Origin: Macrostomum lignano
Taxonomy: Eukaryota
Direction: 5' to 3'
Assembly (NCBI GenBank): GCA_002269645.1
Contig: NIVC01001002.1
Coordinates: 1 to 45,153, forward strand
DNA: 45,153 nucleotides
The notes beneath the pieces are model-generated. The model did no database searches and was not told the origin of the DNA. It worked only from the letters and a program-made list of their open reading frames with translations. Below, piece after piece: positions 11,688 to 28,827 of this stretch (position 1 is the first letter of the stretch; each line of letters starts with the position of its first letter). Both the position numbers and the translations under genes were made by a program.

Positions 11688-13392
11688 AGAGGGATCTATC
11701 TAGAGGTGTCTAGAGTTCTATCTAGAGATTTATCTAGGCATCTATCTAGAGATCTATCTTGAAATCTATCTAGACATCTATCTAGACATCTATCTAGAGA
11801 TCTATCTAGACATCTATCTAGAGATCTATCTTGACATCTATCTAGAGATTTATCTAGGCATCTATCTAGAGATCTATCTTGAAATCTATCTAGAGATCTA
11901 TCTTGACATCTATCTAGAGATTTATCTAGGCATCTATCTAGAGATCTATCTTGACATCTATCTAGAGATCTATCTAGACATCTATCTAGAGATCTATCTT
12001 GACATCTATCTAGAGATCTATCTTGACATCTATCTAGAGATCTATCTTGACATCTATCTAGAGATCTATCTTGACATCTATCTAGAGATCTATCTAGACA
12101 TCTATCTAGAGATTTATCTAGGCATCTATCTAGAGATCTATCTTGACATCTATCTAGAGATTTATCTAGACATCTATCTAGAGATCTATCTTGAAATCTA
12201 TCTAGAGATCTATCTAGACATCTATCTAGAGATATATCTAGACATCTATCTAGAGATCTATCTTGACATCTATCTAGAGATTTATCTAGACATCTATCTA
12301 GAGATCTATCTTGACATCTATCTAGAGATCTATCTAGACATCTATCTAGAGATCTATCTTGACATCTATCTAGAGATCTATCTTGACATCTATCTAGAGA
12401 TCTATCTAGACATCTATCTAAAGATCTATCTTGACATCTATCTAGAGATCTATCTAGACATCTATCTAGAGATCTATCTTGACATCTATCTAGAGATCTA
12501 TCTAGACATCTATCTAGAGATCTATCTTGACATCTATCTAGAGATTTATCTAGGCATCTATCTAGAGATCTATCTTGACATCTATCTAGAGATCTATCTA
12601 GACATCTATCTAGAGATCTATCTTGACATCTATCTAGAGATCTATCTAGATATATATTAGAGATCTATTAGAGATCTATCTAGGCATCTATCTTGATATC
12701 TATCTAGAGATCTATCTAGATATCTATTAGAGATCTATCTAGGCATCTATCTAGAGATCTATCTAGACATTTATCTAGAGATCTATCTAGACATCTATCT
12801 AGAGATCTATCTTGACATCTATCTAGAGATCTATCTAGACATCTATCTAGAGATCTATCTTGACATCTATCTAGAGATCTATCTAGACATCTATCTAGAG
12901 ATCTATCTAGACATCTATCTAGAGATCTATCTTGACATCTATCTAGAGATCTATCTTGACATCTATCTAGAGATCTATCTAGACATCTATCTAGAGATCT
13001 ATCTTGACATCTATCTAGAGATCTATCTAGACATCTATCTAGAGATTTATCTAGGCATCTATCTAGAGATCTATCTTGACATCTATCTAGAGATTTATCT
13101 AGGCATCTATCTAGAGATCTATCTTGACATCTATCTAGAGATTTATCTAGGCATCTATCTAGAGATCTATCTTGAAATCTATCTAGAGATCTATCTAGAC
13201 ATCTATCTAGAGATCTATCTAGACATCTATCTAGAGATCTATCTTGATATCTATCTAGAGATCTACATACACATCTATCTAGGCATCTATCTAGAGATCT
13301 ATCTAGACATCTATCTAGAGATCTATCTAGACATCTATCTAGAGATCTACATACACATCTATCTAGGCATCTATCTAGAGATCTATCTCTAT
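11688..13392 (+). repeat. 12-bp satellite ATCTATCTAGAG / ATCTATCTAGAC / ATCTATCTTGAC, about 1.7 kb
   Basis: Directly visible; no ORFs were called across it. Confidence 0.97.
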
Positions 13393-13782
13393 CTACCTAC
13401 CTCTTCAGGTTGCCTCCCTCAGTTATCAGCCCGTCTAATTTTTTTCGCTATTTTTTCTGATCTTTTTGCAAGCAAAACCTGCTCGGCTTGATCTGTAGCA
13501 AAACTTGGGCGCACGGCAACGCTTAAAACCCACAGTTGAAGTATCGTGATTCATGTATCGATATTGCTCGTGCAAAGTTGATAGCAGGTTTAACTGTAGT
13601 TTTTAGGCGCCGCTTTCATCTTCAACCAGTTCCACCTGCAGACAACTAATGCAACTCTCACAGACCAATCAACTGATTGAACTCAATTTGCGCTACTCTT
13701 GACTTTCGGCAAGATCAAAGGGACTTGAAGTTTGCTTTGATCAGGAACGGATAAAATATAAGCTGAAATTTGAGTAGCCAAA

Positions 13783-14082
13783 ATGAGACAGAGCGACAGA
13801 GGCGCCAAAATCAGTGACAGAGGCGCCAAAATGAGTGACAGAGGCGCCAAAATCAGTGACAGAGGCGCCAAAATGAGTGACAGAGGCGCCAAAATGAGCG
13901 ACCTAGGCACTAAAATGAGTGACCATGGCGCCAAAATGAGTGACAGAGGCGCCAAAATGAGCGACCTAGGCGCTAAAATGAGTGACCATGGCGCCAAAAT
14001 GAGTGACAGAGGCGCCAAAATGAGTGACCGAGGCGCCAAAATGAGCGACCTAGGCGCCAAAATGAGTGACAGAGGCGCCAAT
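13783..14082 (+). repeat. 21-bp minisatellite AGTGACAGAGGCGCCAAAATG
   Basis: Directly visible. Confidence 0.95.
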
Positions 14083-14497
14083 GGAAACCAAAACAAGAAT
14101 GCTGTCAAAGGAGAAAAAGTCTTCCGAGCCAGCACCCGGCCCGATAAAAGCACCCCAATATCAGTCGAAAAGCAAGCCGCAGCGCAATGGGGCAGCATCG
14201 CCCTATCCGCTACATTGAGGATTAAATCATCCCCTTGGGAGATTTTTCTCACAGCCTCTCGTCTCGCTAATCGCGTGCACCGAGAGCATCGCTGCTCTTG
14301 AGGCAAGCTATCCGGCCCCGCTTTCAAAGCTCTCCATCTATCAGCGCCGGAGCTTCATCGCAGATTTTGCCCCAAGCAAAATCTACTTCCATAAGGCATC
14401 AGATCGCAGACAGTGTCCATGACCTCCAACCGGTGCTGGTGCAGAGTTCGGAAGGTATATGTTATGAAAATATGAGTAGGGTATGGCCAGAACAGAC

Positions 14498-16460
14498 AGG
14501 AGACTGAGGGAGGGAGACTGAGGGAGGGAGACTGAGGGATGGAGACTGAGGGAGGGAGACTGAGGGATGGAGACTGAGGGATGGAGACTGAGGGAGGGAG
14601 ACTGAGGGAGGGAGACTGAGGGAGGGAGACTGAGGGAGGGAGACTGAGTGAGGGAGACTGAGGGAGGGAGACTGAGGGATGGAGACTGAGGGATGGAGAC
14701 TGAGGGATGGAGACTGAGGGAGGGAGACTGAGGGAGGGAGACTGAGGGAGGGAGACTGAGTGAGGGAGACTGAGGGAGGGAGACTGAGGGATGGAGACTG
14801 AGGGATGGAGACTGAGGGATGGAGACTGAGGGAGGGAGACTGAGGGATGTAGACTCAGGGATGGAGACTCAGGGATGGAGACTCAGGGATGGAGACTGAG
14901 TGAGGGAGACTGAGGGAGGAAGACTGAGGGATGGAGATTGAGGGAGGGAGACTGAAGGCGGGAGACTGAGGGAGGGAGACTGAGGGATGGAGACTCAGGG
15001 ATGGAGACTGAGTGAGGGAGACTGAGGGATGGAGACTGAGGGATGGAGATTGAGGGAGGGAGACTGAGGGATGGAGACTGAGGGATGGAGATTGAGGGAT
15101 GGAGACTGAGGGATGGAGACTGAGGGATGGAGACTGAGGGATGGAGATTGAGGGAGGGAGACTGAGGGATGGAGACTGAGGGATGGAGATTGAGGGAGGG
15201 AGACTGAAGGATGGAGACTGAGGGATGGAGACTGAGGGATGGAGACTGAGGGATGGAGATTGAGGGATGGAGATTGAGGGATGGAGACTGAGGGATGGAG
15301 ACTGAGGGATGGAGACTGAGGGATGGAGATTGAGGGAGGGAGACTGAGGGATGGAGACTGAGGGATGGAGATTGAGGGAGGGAGACTGAGGGATGGAGAC
15401 TGAGGGATGGAGATTGAGGGAGGGAGACTGAGGGATGGAGACTGAGGGATGGAGACTGAGGGAGGGAGACTGAGGGATGGAGACTGAGGGATGGAGACTG
15501 AGTGAGGGAGACTGAGGGAGGGAGACTGAGGGATGGAGACTGAGGGATGGAGACTGAGTGAGGGAGACTGAGGGATGGAGACTGAGGGATGGAGACTGAG
15601 GGATGGAGACTGAGGGAGTGAGACTGAGGTAGGGAGACTGAGGGATGGAGACTGAGGGATGGAGACTGAGTGAGGGAGACTGAGGGAGGAAGACTGAGAG
15701 AGTGAGACTGAGGGATGGAGACTGAGGGAGGGAGACTGAGGGAGGGAGCTCAGAGAGGGAGACTCAGGGATGGAGACTGAGGGATGGAGACGGAGGGAGG
15801 GAGACTGAGGGATGGAGACTCAGGAATGGAGACTGAGGGAGGGAGACTGAGGGATGGAGACGGAGGGAGGGAGACTGAGGGATGGAGACTCAGGAATGGA
15901 GACTGAGGGATGGAGACTGAGGGAGTGAGACTGAGGTAGGGAGACTGAGGGATGGAGACTGAGGGATGGAGACTGAGTGAGGGAGACTGAGGGAGGGAGA
16001 CTGAGGGAGTGAGACTGAGGGATGGAGACTGAGGGAGGGAGACTGAGGGAGGGAGCTCAGAGAGGGAGACTCAGGGATGGAGACTGAGGGATGGAGACGG
16101 AGGGAGGGAGACTGAGGGATGGAGACTCAGGAATGGAGACTGAGGGAGGGAGACTGAGGGATGGAGACGGAGGGAGGGAGACTGAGGGATGGAGACTGAG
16201 GGATGGAGACTGAGTGAGGGAGACTGAGGGAGGGAGACTGAGGGAGTGAGACTGAGGGATGGAGACTGAGGGAGGGAGACTGAGGGAGGGAGCTCAGAGA
16301 GGGAGACTCAGGGATGGAGACTGAGGGATGGAGACGGAGGGAGACTGAGGGAGGGAGACTAAGTGAGGGAGACTGAGGGAGGGAGACTAAGTGAGGGAGA
16401 CTAAGTGAGGGAGACTGAGTGAGGGAGACTGAGGGATGGAGACTGAGGGAGGGAGACTGG
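14498..16460 (+). repeat. 14-bp minisatellite GGAGACTGAGGGA(T/G), about 2 kb
   Basis: Directly visible. Confidence 0.97.
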
Positions 16461-17084
16461 AGAATAGGGATAATTTGAAAAGTTAAAGCAGCATTTCCAA
16501 TGACTCCAGCTGGGTCCAGCGGATGTAGCGGATGCAGTATCAGTACTTTAATACCGCTTCGTAGGAGAGTAGGAGGCAAACTGCGAAACGATAATGAGAA
16601 TAGAGAGCTCTAGAGTGGGGTGGGGATTCCCCTGAGGGATGATGGCCTTCGCTCAGCTGCTGTCATAAAATAAATGAGAGCAGTGATCCACTTGAAGTAA
16701 CTGATGCACTTTCAACCCCTATGTTAAAATACTTGTAAGTTCACTGATGGGTTCTGGGGAGAAATTTTCCACTTTGCCCGGGGGGGGGGGGGTAGGGGCA
16801 CTATCGCAGCTCAGACTTCACGGAAGGAAGTTTCAGAAGCGGTAATATGGCAGGGAAATTGACAGCAGATTAATTTGCACGACTTGGCAGAAAATTTATA
16901 GCGAATGTTTCTCCTACTCCTACTGGGTTTGGCGCGTCGTGCAATAAATAGAAATTACTTGTTTCCATCACCTGATAAGCAAGGTCCGCTGAAGCAGAGC
17001 AGGACGTAAAACTCAAAGATCGTGCAATTTTTTAGGAGGCCAATTTCTTGGAAAGAATGCACTGCGGAGATAGATAAAATTAGT

Positions 17085-17387
17085 TATTATAATATTTTAT
17101 TACACCTGCCCCAATGTGCAGATGTGCAACCGACAGCTCAGCCGCAGACATTGCGCGGCGCATCTGAAGGCTGCGTACGGCTGTTCAGTCCAAGGACTGG
17201 GGGTCGCCACACACAGCCTCAATTACCCCAGCTAATGCTGGCCCCTATTTTACAGCTGGGAGAACTGAAGCAATGCAGAGTTAAGTGTCTTGCTCAAGGA
17301 CACAAATTGTTCCGAGTGGGATCGGGGATCGAACCCCCGACTTTCAAGTCGTGAGTCCGACGCTCTGAGCACTTAACTACAGTCCCC
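17085..17387 (-). mobile_element. tRNA-derived SINE with a CORE (MIR-like) central domain
   Basis: The minus-strand head has an A-box-like TAGTTAAGTGCT and a B box GGTTCGATCCC (17325-17335). The plus strand reads ttttacagctgggagaactgaagcaatgcagagttaagtgtcttgctcaaggacaca, closely resembling the MIR core ttttacagatgaggaaactgagg...gttaagtgacttgcccaaggtcacacag (recalled, not aligned). An AT-rich tail lies at about 17085-17103. Confidence 0.75.
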
Positions 17388-17965
17388 TCTTTTCCAAAAG
17401 CAAATGATTGATCTTTGTGAAACAACATGAAAAGGAAAATTTCACTACACAACCAGATAAAACACACCAGAGTAACATTTTGTGCTTCCTAAATGGAAGA
17501 AATGGAAAATGCAATCATGGATCTTGTGATGAAGAAATGATTATTTCCTATCTTTGCAAGTGTCTCTTTTTTTCCAGGAAGTTAGCCTCCAATATTTGAG
17601 TTTTATGTCTAGTTTTTGTACTCGTTTGCAATTGGCCAGCGTCTGTTTGAGGATATTTGCAACCCCCCCCCCTAACTTTCGGTCGGATCCCGGATGCATT
17701 GATAAACGCTGGGGTAGCGCCAGAACTGACGCCAGCTCCGCCGCTTGACGGAGGACTCCTCATCTTCTCCCCCCTCTTTCTCTCTCAATAAATATCTGTC
17801 AATCTCGATTCTCGCGTACAAAAACCTGCAACACCACTCAGCAAGCGAACATTTGAAAGGTGAGTCTCAAAAAAGTATGAGTACTATTGGTTATTCACTA
17901 AGCACTTTTATACACTCGAACAATCAGTCAATGTCAAATGTTTTTCACAGCAAAATTGTCTAGCA

Positions 17966-19491
<1,526 letters not shown>

Positions 19492-19756
19492 GCAAAACTC
19501 GGTTAAAGTACCGAATAATTCCGGAACCAGGCTGATCGAGACAATTATCAATAATATTTGATATCACAATAACCGACAAGGTTTGACGAGAAAATTAAAC
19601 AAACTAAAATTTTATCAGAGGGCGCGAAGAGAATTCGAAATACATCCCGAAATCCCAAAACGGCCTTTGCAATGCATCGGCATGCAAACCACAAAAATAG
19701 CGCCAAGGCCGTGACAAGCATTCGAAAATAACAGCAAACTGTATGACTGTATGATC

Positions 19757-19776
19757 TATCCATCTATCTATCTATC

Positions 19777-19854
<78 letters not shown>

Positions 19855-19900
19855 GCTATCTATCTATCTATCTATCTATCTAGCTATCTATCTATCTATC

Positions 19901-19958
<58 letters not shown>

Positions 19959-20019
19959 GCTATCTATCTATCTATCTATCTAGCTATCTATCTATCTACC
20001 TATCTATCTATCTATCTAG

Positions 20020-20074
<55 letters not shown>

Positions 20075-20105
20075 GCTATCTATCTAACTATCTAACTATC
20101 TATCT
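19757..20105 (+). repeat. (TCTA)n microsatellite
   Basis: Directly visible; occasional TAGC variants. Confidence 0.97.
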
Positions 20106-20589
20106 CTTTTATCTCTATATCTTCCTCACTGCACACACCGAGTGCTTCTGCTTGTATACTAGCGTAGAGAATTGACAAACCCGCACTTTCAAACACTGAC
20201 GGCTACTGGGAGCTCAGAAATCACAGTTGCCAGCCAGTTGGCAAGCAAATCAAAGAGTGACGGGCTGAGCGATAAAATGAACGAGTGCGTGACAGGCAGC
20301 AGTTATAAATCAGTCAAATCTAATGGAGACACTGCTGCGCCGGCAGAATCTGTATTAAGTGCACCGAATGGCTGGATGGTTATCAAAGTGATGGGTTTGC
20401 CAGGAAATTCCATATTACCTGATCAGAAGCCGCAGTCAGTTGACAGCAATACGAAAAATTGGTAAATTATGCTCGTATATGCGATGATGGTAATTATTAG
20501 TCGCTTTAGATCGACCCTAACAGTAATATTACACATAGTGTAGCAATATAGTTGTTTGTGCATCTGACTTCAAAGAACATAACGAGACC

Positions 20590-21147
20590 AGAGGCACGGA
20601 GAGACCGGGGAGGGAGAAGAGAGACTGGGGAGGGAGAAGAGAGACTGGGGAGGGAGAGAAGAGACTGGGGAGGGAGAGGGGAGACTGAGGAGGGAGAGGG
20701 TAGACTGGGGAGGGACAGGGAAAATTGGGGAGGGAGAAGAGAGACTGGGGAGGGAGAGAAGAGACTGGGGAGGGAGAGAAGAGACTGGGGAGGGAGAGGG
20801 TAGACTGGGGAGGGAGAGGGTAGACTGGGGAGGGAGAGGGTAGACTGGGGAGGGAGAGGGTAGACTGGGGAGGGAGAGGGGAGACTGGGGAGGGAGAAGA
20901 GAGACTGAGGAGGGAGAGAAGAGACTGGGGAGGGAGAGAAGAGACTGGGGAGGGAGAGGGTAGACTGGGGAGGGAGAGGGGAGACTGGGGAGGGAGAAGA
21001 GAGACTGGGAAGGGAGAGAAGAGACTGGGGAGGGAGAAGAGAGACTGGGGAGGGAGAGGGGAGACTGGGGAGGGAGAGGAGAGACTGAGGAGGGAGAGGG
21101 GAGACTGGGGAGGGAGAAGAGAGACTGGGGAGGGAGAGGAGAGACTG
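20590..21147 (+). repeat. 20-bp G/A-rich minisatellite GAGACTGGGGAGGGAGAG(AA/GG)
   Basis: Directly visible. Confidence 0.95.
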
Positions 21148-21484
21148 GCTGCATCTTTGCTTTCCCCATTGCTCATAAAGTTATCTGGTGGATCTTAGTA
21201 AAGAAAGAATATCGATGCTCACTTTTAGCTTGATTAAAGTGATCAGGCAAGTATTACTTTTAACAGACCTTGACAACCAAGCATACATTGTTTCCAAGTT
21301 CAGAGCATAAATGCAAAGTCACGAGCTGAGAATTTCGAATATCATTATTCTGCGACAATTAACAATGGATTGAATTAAGACATGATGCAAATCAAGCCAT
21401 TGGCCGTATGAATAAAGTGAGCAATAACTGGCGAGTTTCACCTCAAACTCACCTCATACGGCCAAATGTGTAGGTTGGAGATCC

Positions 21485-22395
21485 GTCTCACCTCTTCCTC
21501 TACTCTCACTCCTGGCGTCTACTCTCACTCTTGGTGTCTACTCTCACTCCTTGTCTCTACTCTCACTCCTGGTCTCTACTCTCACTCCTGGTCTCTACTC
21601 TCACTCCTGGTCTCTACTCTCACTCCTGGTCTCTACTCTCACTCCTGGTCTCTACTCTCACTCCTGGTCTCTACTCTCACTCCTGGTCTCTACTCTCACT
21701 CCTGGTCTCTACTCTCACTCCTGGTCTCTACTCTCACTCCTTGTTTCTGCTCTCACTCCCCGTCTCTACTCTCACTCCTAGTCTCTACTCTCACTCCTAG
21801 TCTCTACTCTCACTCCTGATCTCTACTCTCACTCCTGGTCTCTACTCTCACTCCTGTTCTCTACTCTCACTCCTTGTTTCTGCTCTCACTCCCCGTCTCT
21901 ACTCTCACTCCTAGTCTCTACTCTCACTCCTAGTCTCTACTCTCACTCCTGATCTCTACTCTCACTCCTGGTCTCTACTCTCACTCCTGGTCTCTACTCT
22001 CACTCCTTGTTTCTGCTCTCACTCCCCGTCTCTACTCTCACTCCTTGTCTCTGCTCTCACTCCTTGTTTCTGCTCTCACTCCCCGTCTCTACTCTCACTC
22101 CTTGTCTCTGCTCTCACTCCTTGTTTCTGCTCTCACTCCTTGTCTCTGCTCTCCCTCCCCGCCTCTACTCTCATTCCCCAGTCTACTCTGGGGAACTACT
22201 CTCTACTCTCCAGTCTCTACTCTCCCTCCCGTCTCTACTCTCCCTCCCCGTCTCTACTCTCTCTCCCCGTCTCTACTCTCCCTTCCCGTCTCTACTCTCC
22301 CCCCGTCTCTACTCTCCCCCCCGTCTCTACTCTCCCCCCCGTCTCTACTCTCCCCCCCGTCTCTACTCTCCCCCCCGTCTCTACTCTCACGCCCC
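21485..22395 (+). repeat. 19-bp minisatellite CTCTACTCTCACTCCTGGT drifting to CTCTACTCTCCCCCCGT
   Basis: Directly visible. Confidence 0.95.
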
Positions 22396-22830
22396 TTCCT
22401 CTCCCTGAGTGCGTAACCACTGTATAGCAAGGCGCGCTCCAGCTTGTCGACAATGACAGGTAGCGCGCTTTTGATGGAGCGTCCAGGTCGAAATGAGAGG
22501 GTATGAGAGGGTAAATGAGAGGGTAAGCTGGTTCGGGAAGAGCGGGAGTTCCTCAGCTCCACGAGGAGACGCCAAAGCACCAGCCCATTCCATCAGTTTG
22601 AGGAAGAAAGACGTCAGGCTGATGGGGCGGTTAAGCTTCGGGAGAGTGATAATCTCACTACCCTGGTTTGGGTATGAAGACGATCTTGGCTTCTTGCTAG
22701 GCTTTGGGCACGTACCCGAGGGTAATGCTGGCCTTAACTGCCTCGTTGGAGGAGGCAGGAAAAATGTTAAAAGGAAAGAAGGATCTCGCAGCGCGGTGAT
22801 GATGGTCGAAGCCAGGATCTGTCTGCCTAG
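22396..22830 (-). mobile_element. Degenerate non-LTR retrotransposon reverse-transcriptase fragment
   Basis: Across frameshifts: ...NRPISLTSFFLKLME and SFRPGRSIKSALPVIVDKLERALLYSGYAL, matching LINE RT motifs RPISLTS and GFRPGRS. Confidence 0.7.
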
Positions 22831-23059
22831 AATATAATTACACTGTAGAATATAATTGCTAGAATTTAGCTCATGTGAAATCAAATAAATTTGCAATTTA
22901 TTTTAATCTTTAAAAATGTTAGTGAAGGCACAGCAGCCAAGAAAAAGCAGTCTTGTCAAAAACACAAAACACAGTACATTAGAAGCAAAAGTTTCAAGCA
23001 AAGTCAAATCAGAGGCAACGTGTTTGAAAGAGAAAAGAAATGTTAAATAACTTTATTTA

Positions 23060-23442
23060 CAGACGGGCGTCACCATGGATTTTATGGGTGGGGGGGGACG
23101 CGAAGTCAAGAATTCGACGTGACTAAATTCCTACATTATTTTGGGAATCAGTGTTGTTAGCACTTATTTTGGCGCCGCAGGCACTCATTTTAGCGCTGCA
23201 GGCACTCATTTTGGCGCCGCAGGCACTTATTTTAGCGCCGCAGGCACTCATTTTAGCGCTGCAGGCACTCATTTTAGCGCCACAGATACTCATTTTAGCG
23301 CCACAGGCTGGCACTCATTTTAGCGCCGCAGCCACTCATTTTAGCGCCGCAGGCTGGCACTCATTTTGGCGCCGCAGGCACTCAATAGCTTTTACTGGTG
23401 GGGGGAATGTCCCCTCCTGTCCCCCCGTTGACGACGCCCCTG
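23060..23442. mobile_element. MITE-like element containing a 21-bp minisatellite
   Basis: Imperfect inverted ends CAGACGGGCGTC (23060) and GACGCCCCTG (to 23442), with subterminal G/C runs. No clear target-site duplication. Confidence 0.4.
23160..23380 (+). repeat. 21-bp minisatellite GGCACTCATTTT(A/G)GCGCCGCA
   Basis: Directly visible. Confidence 0.93.
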
Positions 23443-23682
23443 GTTACAGAGGAATGCATTGCAGCAGCACACGGCCACGGATAAAAAGGAGCTGTTGCGT
23501 ACAATAAAAAATTGAGGCTGATTTACCTTTATAATCAATTCACACTCAGACTATACTACTCGTGAGTAGAACTTCGAGAAAAAAATCACTAATTTTCAGC
23601 TGCCGCAAGATATAGCTGGATAATTGGTTGTTACGAAATTCAGTTTGAGTCAATGACGCACTGCTGTGGGTTTGAAGAGTCT

Positions 23683-27957
<4,275 letters not shown>

Positions 27958-28827
27958 GACTTTGCCAGTCAGTAGTCGAATCGAACAAATAACTGATTAA
28001 CTTATTATTAACTATATTGAAAACGTAACGCAAGCACGAAACCACGAGCATAAGAGTATTGTATCCACTATCGCATCATGCCTAGGGTTTGGAATGAATA
28101 ATGCTTTCAGTAGAATATGTTAAATAGTATACGAATTTCTTTGTTGAATGTACGCTACGAAACCTTATTCTTCAATATATTTTGTAAGGATTTAGATGGG
28201 GATTACTTTTTTTAAATTTAAAAACAAAAATTGATAATGCTTTTTTTGTTTTTAACCAAACATTAAAAATATTTTGGATTTCTTTGTTTGTTGTTAACAT
28301 TACTTTAACTTACGGATTTAATTTTAAGTTTGAGAAAAACCGCCAACGGGTTTTGGGGTTATTTAACCACAAACAAATACACGGATCCACAGATTAAGGC
28401 CAATAAGTCGAAACCATTTTGTTGACTCGATACGAATATTTGATAGAAGGCATAGGAATCATGCATTAAGATTTTAACTGCACGACTGGCAAAAAGGCAC
28501 TATCATGTACATGTAATTACAATTACCACCATACTTAAAAAATTAAGCCATTACTTTCTTGTTTCATTTGCCGGTTTCAAAAGGCAACCACCGTCGCTTA
28601 TCTCAGTCTAACATTGTTATTAAATCATACGAATGGCATGTATGATTGCTGCACAAAATTTCGATTTTGTCTACAAATACGAGCTAGAAGTGGCCATGTG
28701 TCGTGCTAAAAAAGCAATATATGAAGAAACTTTTCTTCCATAAATATTGTTTGAAAGTATCATTTTAATCAGCACAAATGATAAAACTTGAAAAAATAAA
28801 CACCACACATGTACACCGGATAATTTA

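Noticed and set aside
14090-14500. IIPLGDFSH, resembling an APE-endonuclease motif
   Set aside because: A single short motif with no ordered supporting motifs.
17310-17387. tRNA gene
   Set aside because: A/B boxes are present, but the sequence continues into a SINE core, and no clean cloverleaf or terminator could be drawn.
20172-20465. 97-aa ORF between two arrays
   Set aside because: TTG start, no motif, no splice context.
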